DNA of 64,000 bases from Setoptus koraiensis (taxonomy: Eukaryota > Animalia > Arthropoda), in contig CM106586.1 in NCBI GenBank assembly GCA_048013815.1, forward strand, positions 7,564,001 through 7,628,000. The letters are read 5' to 3'. The translations under genes and the position numbers were made by a program. Positions 10,906 to 22,000 of the stretch are shown here, piece by piece; positions within the stretch are counted from its first letter, which is position 1, and each line of letters starts with the position of its first letter. A model generated the notes under the pieces. It did no database searches. It had not been told where the DNA came from and worked only from the letters and a program-made list of their open reading frames with translations.

Positions 10906-11752
10906 CGTGTCGCCAGGCTCGTTATCTAACTACTTGGCAATTCTGGCGGAAATGATTCAATGTAGATGACCGAGAAGAAAACTCTTTTATGGTGCGAACG
11001 AGTATGGTGTCTGAATATATCACAGATATTGTGTGAGATTTAGATTATATTTACAAGGACAAATACTACAAACTATTCACTAGAGCTGATAAACAATTGA
11101 TTGTATCTAGCCAGAGTAATAGGGACAACAAAAACAAGCTTGCTACATTCCGACAGTGTGAAATGGTTTCATCTCTGACGAAAGATTATCTTCATGATAA
11201 TAACAGAACCACGAGCTCTTTTGGCGTTGTTATCTTGTTTTAGATCAGACCTTGTTTCAGCGCTTTGTAATGTAACGTTTTGGTATTGTCTAGACATTTT
11301 TGTTGTTGTCATGTGACAGTAAACCATACCTTCAGTCGTGTCAGAGTAAGCACAAGCTTACATGACAGACGTATGGCAATACTCGTAACATAACATTGTA
11401 TGAGGAACAGTCCTCGGAAAAATGACGGCAAGTTTTTTTTACAGCTGCAAGGCGTCATAAGAGTGATTTGTGAGCGAAAAATTGTGTGATGATGATGCGA
11501 TCAACAAGTGGATGGCCAAACTGTATAGAAACTTTTACTGTGGTATCGAAGTCAACATCTCGCGATATTGACAATTTTTGCTTGAATAAATTTGTCTGAA
11601 AGGATGCGTGCCCTAAACAATCGTAAAGGTGGGATGATCACAATGGGTAGATATAGATTTAGCTAATATGTTATATTGCAGCTTAATATATGACTTATTT
11701 ATTGTTAATTGATTAGAAATTTATATTGGAATTTAATAATAATAGATTGATT

Positions 11753-12085
11753 TCAATCATCTCTCATGGCTGAGGCCGATTTACCATCACATGCCACTAT
11801 CTTTACCATATCGACTTTTACCAATTCTTGGACCTCTCTAAATTCAACATCTTTCAGTACCAGAGTCCAAACATTATCACAAAAGCGGTAAGTCCTGAGC
11901 TTGCTAGACTTGAATGTTAAACGGTTTCTCACTTTGTTGGCGAGAGCAACATTGATTGCTTTGTCGAATTCCAGCAAAACTTTAAAGGCCAGATGAGTGT
12001 TTATTTGACCATTTTGTATAAATTCATCCAATGAGTCTTGCAATGTCTGGCCCAATGTTGTGTTTCTATATAATTGATAATTCAT
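11753..12085 (-). CDS. GTF2A2: Transcription initiation factor IIA small (gamma) subunit, 110 aa, intronless
   Basis: Highly conserved [48 protein letters not shown] and VKIVACDGK. Confidence 0.97.
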   Translation of the reverse strand: MNYQLYRNTTLGQTLQDSLDEFIQNGQINTHLAFKVLLEFDKAINVALANKVRNRLTFKSSKLRTYRFCDNVWTLVLKDVEFREVQELVKVDMVKIVACDGKSASAMRDD

Positions 12086-12446
12086 GATTATTACTAATAG
12101 CTGAGACAGTTAATATCAGCTCAGCTGGGCTTGCTATAAATCGCTGCTTGCTGGACAATCAATTTCTATAGAAAATATCCGGATTTAGTTTTGTGTCAAG
12201 TGATTTGCGAGAAATCCTATTATTTATTTTTCTTTTTCTTCATTGAACAGCTGCGCAGCAGCTGTCACCGCTCACGGCGAACAGGGCATACGCTGTGCAC
12301 CATCATGTTCGCCATGTTGTGAAGATAAGTACGCTCACTTGGCTGTTCTAATTTCGCAACAATTGATATTGTTGATCGTCTCAAATCTAGACCACACTGG
12401 CGAAATATTGATAATTATATTATATCAAGAAGGAACATTTTTTAGG
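12086..12446. promoter_or_regulatory. Probable bidirectional promoter between TFIIA-gamma and mRpS25
   Basis: Head-to-head start codons only 361 bp apart. No specific elements were assigned. Confidence 0.55.
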
Positions 12447-12519
12447 ATGTTTATGTTTGGAGCGGCGCCGCTGAGGCGCACTGTGAAATATCTGGAATCC
12501 GGTCCGCTTATTTTCAGAG
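12447..12519 (+). CDS. MRPS25: Mitochondrial ribosomal protein S25, exon 1 (MFMFGAAPLRRTVKYLESGPLIFR-G)
   Basis: Matches the S25 N-terminus (..PIRRTLQYL..G..VFKD). Ends at G|GTAAGC. Confidence 0.9.
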
Positions 12520-12588
12520 GTAAGCATAGCTTGATATAGTCCCGAGCGTGCAATATTCACAATATTAATTTCTTAAATTTTTCCTTAG
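12520..12588 (+). other. 69-nt GT-AG spliceosomal intron, phase 1
   Basis: GTAAGC...TTTTTCCTTAG. Removing it restores the frame FR-D-KVRVMEVHYN, homologous to FKDSVKVMTVNYN. Confidence 0.9.
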
Positions 12589-13028
12589 ACAAAGTCAGAG
12601 TTATGGAGGTCCACTACAATCTTCACGGAAAGAAATACGTGTCCGAAGAGGAACGATTGAAGGATAGGTTCAGCGGCATGCGAGATTTCTATTTTTGGGA
12701 GATGCCAAGAATTCAATATAAAAATCCTCATGTACAAATTGTGCGCCACCTAGACAAAATGCCCAATCCCTACATCAGGTGCTGGCTTGAGGACGGCAGG
12801 GATGTTTTGTTTGATTGTTTCCATCAATCCAGAGAAGAAATTCTTCAGAGGCTGGTGAAAACATTGGGCCAATCCAGGCAGGTCAAAAATGAATCTGAAA
12901 AGCAAGAGAATCCAGCTCTTTTCGGCTGGCAAAGACCGCGTTTTTGTATGTGCGAGGTTGTCGGACAAAGTCCGTGTCCCGGAACCATCAGAAACGAAAA
13001 ATTCAATGATCTCGAAGTACGCCTTTAG
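12589..13028 (+). CDS. MRPS25: Mitochondrial ribosomal protein S25, exon 2 (spliced product 170 aa)
   Basis: PRIQYKNPHVQI, P.PYIRCWL.DG.DVLFD, NPALFG...RFCMCEV.GQSPCP. AATAAA near 13069. Confidence 0.95.
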
Positions 13029-13406
13029 TCCCCCATAGTCCTCGCATTTTGTATAGCTTTTTCTGTGAATAAATAAATCCTACATTTGTAGTACAGCGGG
13101 AAGTTGAAATTCACCCGTTAGGTAATGCACTCCCCTAGAATCAACCAATGGTGAATTGAGAATCCATGTGAGCCAGATGTTTCATTTGTGCCATAGATGG
13201 CGACTCTTCGACCGGCTCGTCTGCTTGTAAAGGAAGACACGTTACTGTGTATGAAAGAAATAACTGCAACATGGCATCACCGCGGTGAATGAACTACAGA
13301 TTAAAATTAATTATCTTGTATTTAATCTTATACTTCAATTAGAACATTATTTATTTAGGGCAAATTACAAAGTATCCTGTATCGAATAATAATTTATTTT
13401 TCCACC

Positions 13407-16079
13407 ATGGCAGACCAAGTGCAACCCGCCAAAACTCCCAAACAGCTGGCAAAGGAGGCTGAAAAATTGGCCAAATTAGAAAAGTTCAAACTAAAACAAG
13501 AGAAGGCAAAGCAATTAGCCGAAAAAGAAAAGCTCGAACCAAAAGGGGAGAAGCCAAAAAAGACCAAAGACAAACCAACAGAGAATGTTGCTAAATTTTG
13601 GGAATTGGATGATGCTTACGACCCTGAAAAGGTTGAGGATTGTTATGCTTGGTGGAAGAGTAAAGGTTTTTTTAAACCAGAGATATCATCAAAATCCGAA
13701 GCTTTCCGACTTGGGGACGCGTCAGCATTGAAAAAAGACAAATTTGTTGTGGTGATGCCCCCACCAAATGTCACTGGAACCCTCCACTTGGGTCACGCTC
13801 TAACATGCGCCATCCAGGACTGTCTAACTAGATGGAATAGAATGAGAGGCTTATCAACTTTATGGAATCCAGGATGCGATCATGCAGGTATAGCCACTCA
13901 AGTTGTGGTAGAGAAGAAGCTTCAAAGACAGAATGTGGATAGACATCAATTAGGACGAGAGAAGTTTCTCGAAGAAGTTTGGAAGTGGAAACAAGAAAAT
14001 GGAGACAAAATTTACAGCCAAATAGAGCGTATGGGTTGCTCCGTTGATTGGGAGAGAGCCGTATTTACACTCGACGAGAAGATGTCCAGAGCGGTCAGAG
14101 AGGCCTTTATCAGACTCTACGATAAGAAATTAATCTACCGTGCTGAGAGACTTGTTAACTGGTCTTCCAAGCTCAAATCGGCAATCTCGGACATAGAAGT
14201 TGACCATGAGGAATTAAAGGAGCGAAAAATGATCCATGTTCCTGGTCATGCTAAACCTGTTGAGTTTGGTATTATTGAAACCTTTGCTTATAGGCTATTG
14301 AACGAGGACGGCACTCTATCTGAGGACAGAATATTTGTTGCGACCACTCGTCTTGAGACCATGCTGGGAGATACAGCGGTAGCCGTCAACCCAAATGACG
14401 AACGATACAAGAAATTTCATGGTAGGAAACTCAGACATCCTTATTCTGATCGTGAACTACCAATCGTATGCGATGATTATGTTGATAAGGAGTTCGGGAC
14501 TGGAGCAGTGAAAATCACACCTGGCCATGATCCCAATGACTACGAGTTGGGTAAGAGGCATAAGTTGCCTTTGATCAGCATCTTCACTGACGAAGGAAAA
14601 ATTGAACATGGTCACGGAGAGTTTTCTGGAATGATGCGTTTTGATGCCAGAGTTGCCATACGTGCCGATCTAAAATCGAAAGGTCTCATAATTGAAGAAA
14701 AACCACAGAGTAATATTCCGATGGTGTTACCTCGCTGTAGCAGATCCAAAGATATAATTGAACCAAGGCTGAAGTACCAATGGTACGTCGATTGTAAGCA
14801 AGTGGCTAAACGTTCTGCTGACGCCGTACGAGAGGGGCAACTAAAATTGATGCCTGAGGTAAACCATGCTACGTGGTATAATTGGTTGGATAACATTCGT
14901 GACTGGTGTATATCGCGCCAACTTTGGTGGGGACATAGAATACCTGCTTATCACGTTAATAAAAAAGAATGGGTTGTTGCTCACTCTCTCGAGGAAGCCA
15001 CCAAAAAGGCTGAAGGTATTTTTGGAGTATCACGTGGTGATTTGTCAATCGAGCAGGACCAAGATGTTTTGGACACATGGTTCTCGTCTGGTCTATTTCC
15101 ATTCGCAATATTCGGGTGGCCTGATGATAAATCTTCCGACCTCAAAGAGTTCTTCCCCGGCAATCTCCTGGAAACAGGAAAAGATATTCTCTTCTTTTGG
15201 GTGGCTAGGATGGTGATGCTGAGCCTAGAATTGACTGGTAAACTACCTTTCAATGAGATTTATCTTCATCCAATGGTGCGTGACGCTGAGGGCAGGAAAA
15301 TGAGCAAATCCCTTGGTAACGTAATAAATCCTATCGACGTGATAGAGGGTATAACCCTGGAGGAATTACACAAGAGTCTCATTGATTCCAATCTCGATCC
15401 CAGAGAACTCGAGAGAGCCACAAAAGGCCAAAAAGAATTATTTCCAAACGGCATACCCAAATGTGGAACTGATGCTCTGAGATTTAAATTGTGCGAGTAT
15501 TGCACCGGATCTGGTGACATTCATTTAAACATAAATCAACTAGAAGGTGATAGAAAACTGTGTAACAAAATATGGCAGGCATGTAAGTTTACTGTCGACA
15601 GAGCTTTGTGTGATGATTACTCGATATCGCGCACAACTCTGTCTTCCGAACTTAGAAATCTCGCGGATAAGTCAGAGGCTGACCAAAATATATTGAAGAA
15701 ATTGTTCCAAGCTGTCAAAGATGTCAATGACGGTTATGAGACTTATAACTTTAGGAAGATTGCTATTGCATGCAGAACTTTCTGGTGGGATGACTTATGT
15801 AGCTGCTACATAGAGCACATAAAAAAGATGAAACGCGATAATTTATTGACCAAATCCACCCAAGACACCCTCTTCATATGTGTCCATGACGGCTTGAAGC
15901 TGTTACACCCGATGATGCCTTTCCTCACGGAAAAACTGTATAGATATTTAGTAGGCAAATATTGTCCCGAACAACTGGAGTTTGTCGAAAGTATATCACT
16001 CGCTAGATTCCCAAGACCAGATCACTTTGACTCAATCAGTTTTCTTGGAGCCGAGCTCAAAGATAGCTCAATAAATTAA
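13407..16079 (+). CDS. VARS1: Valyl-tRNA synthetase (cytosolic type), 890 aa, intronless, C-terminally short
   Basis: PPPNVTGTLHLGHAL (HIGH motif), WNPGCDHAGIATQ, editing-domain ATTRLETMLGDTAVAV and GTGAVKITPGHD, DWCISRQLWWGHRIP, DVLDTWFSS, GRKMSKSLGN (KMSKS motif). Confidence 0.98.
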   Translation: MADQVQPAKTPKQLAKEAEKLAKLEKFKLKQEKAKQLAEKEKLEPKGEKPKKTKDKPTENVAKFWELDDAYDPEKVEDCYAWWKSKGFFKPEISSKSEAFRLGDASALKKDKFVVVMPPPNVTGTLHLGHALTCAIQDCLTRWNRMRGLSTLWNPGCDHAGIATQVVVEKKLQRQNVDRHQLGREKFLEEVWKWKQENGDKIYSQIERMGCSVDWERAVFTLDEKMSRAVREAFIRLYDKKLIYRAERLVNWSSKLKSAISDIEVDHEELKERKMIHVPGHAKPVEFGIIETFAYRLLNEDGTLSEDRIFVATTRLETMLGDTAVAVNPNDERYKKFHGRKLRHPYSDRELPIVCDDYVDKEFGTGAVKITPGHDPNDYELGKRHKLPLISIFTDEGKIEHGHGEFSGMMRFDARVAIRADLKSKGLIIEEKPQSNIPMVLPRCSRSKDIIEPRLKYQWYVDCKQVAKRSADAVREGQLKLMPEVNHATWYNWLDNIRDWCISRQLWWGHRIPAYHVNKKEWVVAHSLEEATKKAEGIFGVSRGDLSIEQDQDVLDTWFSSGLFPFAIFGWPDDKSSDLKEFFPGNLLETGKDILFFWVARMVMLSLELTGKLPFNEIYLHPMVRDAEGRKMSKSLGNVINPIDVIEGITLEELHKSLIDSNLDPRELERATKGQKELFPNGIPKCGTDALRFKLCEYCTGSGDIHLNINQLEGDRKLCNKIWQACKFTVDRALCDDYSISRTTLSSELRNLADKSEADQNILKKLFQAVKDVNDGYETYNFRKIAIACRTFWWDDLCSCYIEHIKKMKRDNLLTKSTQDTLFICVHDGLKLLHPMMPFLTEKLYRYLVGKYCPEQLEFVESISLARFPRPDHFDSISFLGAELKDSSIN

Positions 16080-16602
16080 ATACGCATTAGACGAGTCCCG
16101 CTTCCAACTTTGCGTATAAAATCTACCAGCAAAACTATCTAGCTTTAATTTTCTGTACGATTCTGTGAGATTAAACGAGACGCGATCAAACTTAGGTTGT
16201 ATAAAGCTATTTCTGAGAATTTTCAATAATTTTGACAATGATTCAGATTAAATTTCTATAAAGTGTCTTAGTGTTTGGAAAAATACTGTCTCAATTCGAC
16301 GGATGAGTTTGTAAATATCTATTTCGAGTTAATAGTTGACTTGGAAACCGGCGCGGACCCTCAAAAAAGCGGTCTTAGTAGTTGAGCTAATGTTGATATG
16401 GCCAGTAGGATATAAAAATACACATCTGATATCCATTGGCTGGAAGATACATAGTTCATCATTACAATTTCATTTAAACAACTCATAATAGAAAAGACAT
16501 GGAAGGACATTGTCGTCACTGTTATTATTGACTGCATCACTCAAGTATGGCTCTGTGTGACGGTCTGTAAATTTGAAGTGTATATGTGTGTTAATTAAAT
16601 TA

Positions 16603-17349
16603 TTAGATATCTGATTCAGTCGTTGGTCTTATTGTTGCGGATTGATGATAGTCATCTATAGAACTCATGCGCACAATGTGTCGCTCTTGTTGGGGATAGC
16701 CACTTTCGTTTGCGCTGGCTAAATTTGGCTCATAGGCAGTCTTATAGACGAAATCCGCCTGATTAGCAACATCCTGTCTCTCATTGATCTCATCTGTGTC
16801 ATCAGAGTGTCTGCTTATGTTTGTTGGCGAATTATCTCCATCATCGTGAGTAATATCGTCTGAGTTGTCATCTTTATCATTGCGCCTATCATTATCGTTT
16901 AGACTTCTATTAGCAGTGTGTTTGGCAACTCTACCCATAGCCTTGATGGCGGGTGACTTTTTCTTTGATTTGTTACTGCCAGTATCGACCAGCGATTTTA
17001 ATTGTGCATTCCGTGTCGGTGTTATCTGATCCAGTCTCAATGGTCTGGTCCTTCTGCTTGATCTTGGCGCAGTAGCTCTTTTTCCGTCTGTCGTAACACC
17101 AACTAGTTCTGGTGAGCTTTTGTCATCTGAGAACCCATATAGATTTGGCATGTTATTTTTCTTTCTGAGGTAGTTAATTATGATTCTTGTAGCAATGCAA
17201 ACAAACGCAACTAACACGACAAGTATCATCATGGCGGGAATGATCCATGGTGCCGTCGGAGAGAACTTAGTTGGTGCTTTGAGGAGTAAGTCAAGATTGT
17301 AGGCGGATTGTCGCGCTTGTATCCGGCGTTGCGCATCGTCAATTCTCAT
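16603..17349 (-). CDS. Uncharacterised single-pass membrane protein (at least 248 aa; likely the last exon of a spliced gene)
   Basis: One hydrophobic helix, WIIPAMMILVVLVAFVCIATRIIINYL, followed by basic RKK and a long polar tail. Phase-0 acceptor CAACAG|GGC at 17355, two codons before the ATG. Confidence 0.7.
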   Translation of the reverse strand: MRIDDAQRRIQARQSAYNLDLLLKAPTKFSPTAPWIIPAMMILVVLVAFVCIATRIIINYLRKKNNMPNLYGFSDDKSSPELVGVTTDGKRATAPRSSRRTRPLRLDQITPTRNAQLKSLVDTGSNKSKKKSPAIKAMGRVAKHTANRSLNDNDRRNDKDDNSDDITHDDGDNSPTNISRHSDDTDEINERQDVANQADFVYKTAYEPNLASANESGYPQQERHIVRMSSIDDYHQSATIRPTTESDI

Positions 17350-18561
17350 TGTGCCCTGTTGTGAGAATAGATTGCGTCGGTGGCAGTGAAAGGTATCAGT
17401 GGGTTATTATCCCACAACAGAAGTTGATAACTGATGACGAGGCCCGGTCCCGAGTGGGTCGAAGCTGCTTTTGATAGTTATTGATTCGATTGTTGAGCTT
17501 TGCAAGTTGAGATTGACTCTAGATTTTTCTTAATAGTCGATCGATAGTTGATGGCGTTCAATAATAGTGTGTAGGTTAAATTATTAAATCATCGTGTAAA
17601 CTTTTAAAAAACGGTGTGTTTTGTGCTCTTGTTCCGCTGTGAGTATTCATTCAAGACTCTTGGGATAGAGATCAATAGTGTGTGCGTGTCAGAGATATGT
17701 ATATATCTATATATATATGGATATTCGTATATCGTTGCAGCGCTAATGATTTGTTTGCAAGTGCAAGATCTTAGATAACGGCTGACCAGCTTTTATTGTT
17801 GAGATTTTGTGTCTGATTGTAAGAGAAGTGCAAGTTAGATTGCAGAGTATAGTTGTAGTTTGCTAGAAATAAACACTTCTGCTAACAGGTGGTGTGCATT
17901 GGCCAAGCACGTTTATCGAGGCACACTGATCAGTAAATTGCTGTTATAATTGATTGTTGAGATGCACCTGTTGTCTTGATTTCTCTATATCTGTTTGACT
18001 GTTTGACTGTTTGTTCGTTAGGTCTGGCTTGTTAGAATAATATCCAATGACGGCATTAGCGGAATAATGTTAATAATGATGAACGATAGTTCCAATTGAA
18101 TGAATACTGCAACTAGTCGTGATAGTTCTTGCGTGCTGTCCGCTGTCAACAATTTCCAGATAAATGTTCGAGCACTCTTGTTAGTATTTCGCAAATTGTT
18201 AGTTTTTGAGGAAGTAATAATCAAATGGGAGTATTTACAGCATGTCATTAATTGTACACAAAATTTGACAAAATATGTACAATACAGTTTCTATCAAGGG
18301 CAACCAAATAAATAAATGTGAAATGCTGACAGCAGTGCCAAACTACGTAATAGCACCATCATTGTTTATTGGCCATGGCCATTGTGAGAAAGTGGCCAGA
18401 TTTCCTCGTTGTTTATTGTATGTTCTCGAACTTCACTTACAGAATCTTGTAACATTGTTAACTGGCACAGAACAACACAACAGACTAATGGCTCTTCTTT
18501 GTGTCTGTTCACAATCTGCAGAGTGGTGGCGATGCTGCTGTGCTCTCGAACATTCGCATAC

Positions 18562-18650
18562 GTATTCGATATCGTCCGCCAGGGCGACCATGTTGCTCTT
18601 CAGTCGAGCGACGCTGATTCCGTTGTATATCTTCAACACGCACCACGCCG
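18562..18650 (-). CDS. Candidate upstream exon of the membrane-protein gene (AWCVLKIYNGISVARLKSNMVALADDIEY)
   Basis: Acceptor TCTCCCACGACAG|, donor TAC|GTATGC, 23 of 29 codons end in G/C. Its phase-0 end joins the 17355 acceptor in frame. Confidence 0.35.
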
Positions 18651-19003
18651 CTGTCGTGGGAGATAATCAATCACGAAAAGGAAACACTCTTCGAAACACT
18701 CCTCGCCTTGTTGGTGCATTCAAAGACGTCGCAAGCGCCTCTCGCGATCACTGCACGCATTAATATCTAAGTCTCTGAGAATGCCTAACACACTGTAAAA
18801 ACGAACATTCTGTTGCAACATTCTGTTCGCCAAAACTAGCGCCAAATACAAAGTTATCGCACAGAAAAACTTCAATTTAATGGATCATTTATATGGTAAC
18901 AAAACTTTTCATCGCTGAATATTTAAAAATAGTTGAAAGAAAATATTTATTGATAAACAAATCGTTCAATGTGTATACAGTTCACATAATGTCACACAAT
19001 TCA

Positions 19004-22000
19004 TCATTTATCATGGAGATGCAACATAGCATTGTAGTGTTCAGGTTGATAGGTGCCCAACGTTGTTGGCGATATACCATTCTTAGGTTCGGGCAAAAAA
19101 TATGTTAGTCGATTTAAAGTTGGCCTCACGGGAGAATTCATCGCATAATATTGATTATAATTCTGATCTACATCGTCTAGATTGTTGTTGTTGTTGCTGT
19201 TGCTGTTAATAGTGCAGTTAATTTGGTTATTTTGGTGGCGATTGGAACAATCTTGATAGTTCGACTGTTTTTCTTGAGTGTCCTTTATTTGAGTTGCCTT
19301 GTGACCGTTATTCGTCGAGTTACCCTTTAAGTTGCATGATTTCCATCTTCTGTTGGATAGGGTGACAAAATGATTGGCCAGCCCATCACTTGACCTATTG
19401 AATATGCCCTTCCCATAGTCTCTTTTGTCATTGTTGTCATTCGATATATTACCATCGACATCTTGAGATACATTGTGATCAGTGTAATAATGGTTATCTT
19501 GCTGTTGTTGTTGGTTGTTAGTGCTGGCAGTAGTTTGCGTCAATAACTTAACTTTAGGCATTCTAATTCTAGCAGGTATATTAAAATCTTTGAGACTCTT
19601 TAGGTAATGACCAATAATGGATTTGTCTTTGTTCATCTTAACACCATCGCCATTGTTTGAAATGCTAGTTAGCCCTCTTTCTCGATCACCATTGATCTGA
19701 CGTTCATCTTGCCAATCTCGATCAATGCAATCATTGTCGCCATTGGACAGTGATTCAGCTTCGTTGGAGAGCTGATTGTTGTTTTCAGCGACAGCTAGTG
19801 GACTTTTTTGCCCAGAATTCCTAGTTATTGTACATCCATTACTATTATCTAAGCTCGACAATGAGCTCAATGAAGATGATGATATCGATCGCGATAATGA
19901 GGCTCCATCACTAATGGCTAGATCGCTATTGAATGAATCTGTTCTATTAAGTACGTGCATTGTCAATGTAGACAACTTGTTAGGCTGCTCTGTATCGTCC
20001 ACGACATTTTTTATAAGCTGACGCAAGCTAATTGCAGATTTAGAGCTGGATACTTGTTGTTGCTGTTGTCTCTCTATTGACATTATATCACATGATGATA
20101 TAAGATTAGAAGTAGACTTAGCTGTTGTTGGGGTGTGATCATAAGAGTCTAGATTGACTGCATTCGAAGTTTTTCGTTTACTTCGAGGCTTTTGTTTCAA
20201 TTTGAGAGACATCTGACGTTGTTGTTCTAGCAACAAAGATAATCTCTTTTCCTCTCCAGAGCTGTCATCTTTTTGTTGCAGTTGTTGAATAGGAACTTCG
20301 TTTGATTTGGCTGACTGGGTTGCTTGCGAGTTATGCGATGATAATTGTTCGGGTTCACTTCTTCCATTTATCTCAACCTGATTATTATCCAGAAGTAATT
20401 GTTGCTGTTTTTGTTGCTGCTGTTGTTGCATCATTCTATAATTACGCTTGTTTAGTTTGGACATCAACTCTTCTACCATTGCTTGCTGATGGTTGACATT
20501 GAATTCGCGTTTTAGAACAGTTATAGTTGGCTGATCGGTTGGATATGGCTTGTTGTTGCTTTTGTTGTTCGCAAACTTATTCCTGCTCATGTTCGGAGTT
20601 GGAAGTCTAGAATTTATACCAGTAGTACCATCATTATCGGTGTCGAAATTATCATTGCTAGAGTTCTGTTTGTTATTTCTGACCTGTAGATGCAGGCCCT
20701 TGTTCAAAATGTCGGAAATATCGGTATTTACATTCTTAGTGGCCTGAGCTGAGACATTATTTCTAAGATTCTTAAAGCCATTTTGGATTTGTTTTGAAAA
20801 GATTAGCGAGTTAAAAAGTGGCCTTTGATGGTTTGACAGTTGTTGCTGGTTGTTGTTAGGACAATTGGAGTCGGCCTGAGCCAACGACGGAGACAGTGAA
20901 GAAGGCTCGGGTACGGAGGGTATACAACAGTCGCCGTGAACATAGTGTGATAAATTGTTTGCAGATACGTTATTAGTTGGGGCTGTTACTGTTGCTATTG
21001 GTGTTGTTGAAGAGGAACTAGTAGAACTATGATTATAATTTAAAGCCTCGTCTACAACATCGTATAAATCGTCTAAATTCTTAGATGATCTAATAGATGA
21101 GTTGGCCATATGTATATCACTAGAGGACGACGAGGAGCCACCGGTGGTAGCATAACATGCCGAGCTATTGCCCGAATCGTTAGAAGATACTGTGGATGAC
21201 GGCGAAGACGGAGGTTCAACGGATGGATTTCTAGTACTAGTAGCGGATCGTTGTGGCTGATGAATGTTTGTCGCCACTGTTGGACCCGGCGATGAGCCAA
21301 CAATTTGTGATCTTTGACTTTTCAAGCCTAGCTCAGAGCCGTTTGAACTGCTATGCTGAGTGCTATGACCACTATCTTGGCTTCCACTACTTTGACTACC
21401 TGTTGATGAACAATGTGATTGCTGATCAAATTCTCTTTGGACATTATGATGTTTGTCATCATCATTATTATGCTCATTGACACTAGCAATGATTTGACGA
21501 TCGCTCTGATATATCTCGCTAGGATCATCCACATCTGAATGGTCGTCGGAATTGGTGGTGGCAACATTAGCTGCGGTTAAGAGAGTCTGCTGGTGAGGCT
21601 TGGGTGCCAATGATGTTTGCAATTTAGAAACTGAGACCAAAGTTGGTATGTTTGACATAGAATTGCCAGAAAATTGTGATGCGACTACCATCTTTTGATG
21701 TTGTTGCTGCTGTGATGTTGGCTGTTTCTGATGATGAACATTGTAACTGGACGTTGACAACGAATAGTTGTTGTATTTAGGCGAATTATTTAGGTTGCTG
21801 TTGTTAACTGGCTTATCTGTCATGAGATGGCGATCAGAATCGTTGAAATGATGAAGGCCGGGCGTCAGGTTGTTGCCATCTTGACGTTTGTTTTGTGAGG
21901 TATTCATAGCACTATTGTAATTAGTATTGATCATCATGATATTATTAGAATGATGATCATTGACAGACAAAGTGTCGACATTTTGCAGCGTAGGCGTTGA

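Noticed and set aside
11551-11580. Hairpin GTCAACATC-TCGC-GATATTGAC followed by Sm-site-like AATTTTTG, suggesting U4 snRNA
   Set aside because: No U6-pairing 5' segments (AGCTTTGCGCAG, TGCTAAT) at the right spacing and no 3' stem. An Infernal/Rfam scan would settle it.
12243-12539. 98-aa ORF as a separate gene
   Set aside because: Its 3' part is mRpS25 exon 1 read into the intron; the rest is promoter sequence.
14612-15520. Antisense ORFs within ValRS (and plus-strand ORFs within 19004-23140)
   Set aside because: They are shadow frames of real coding sequence.
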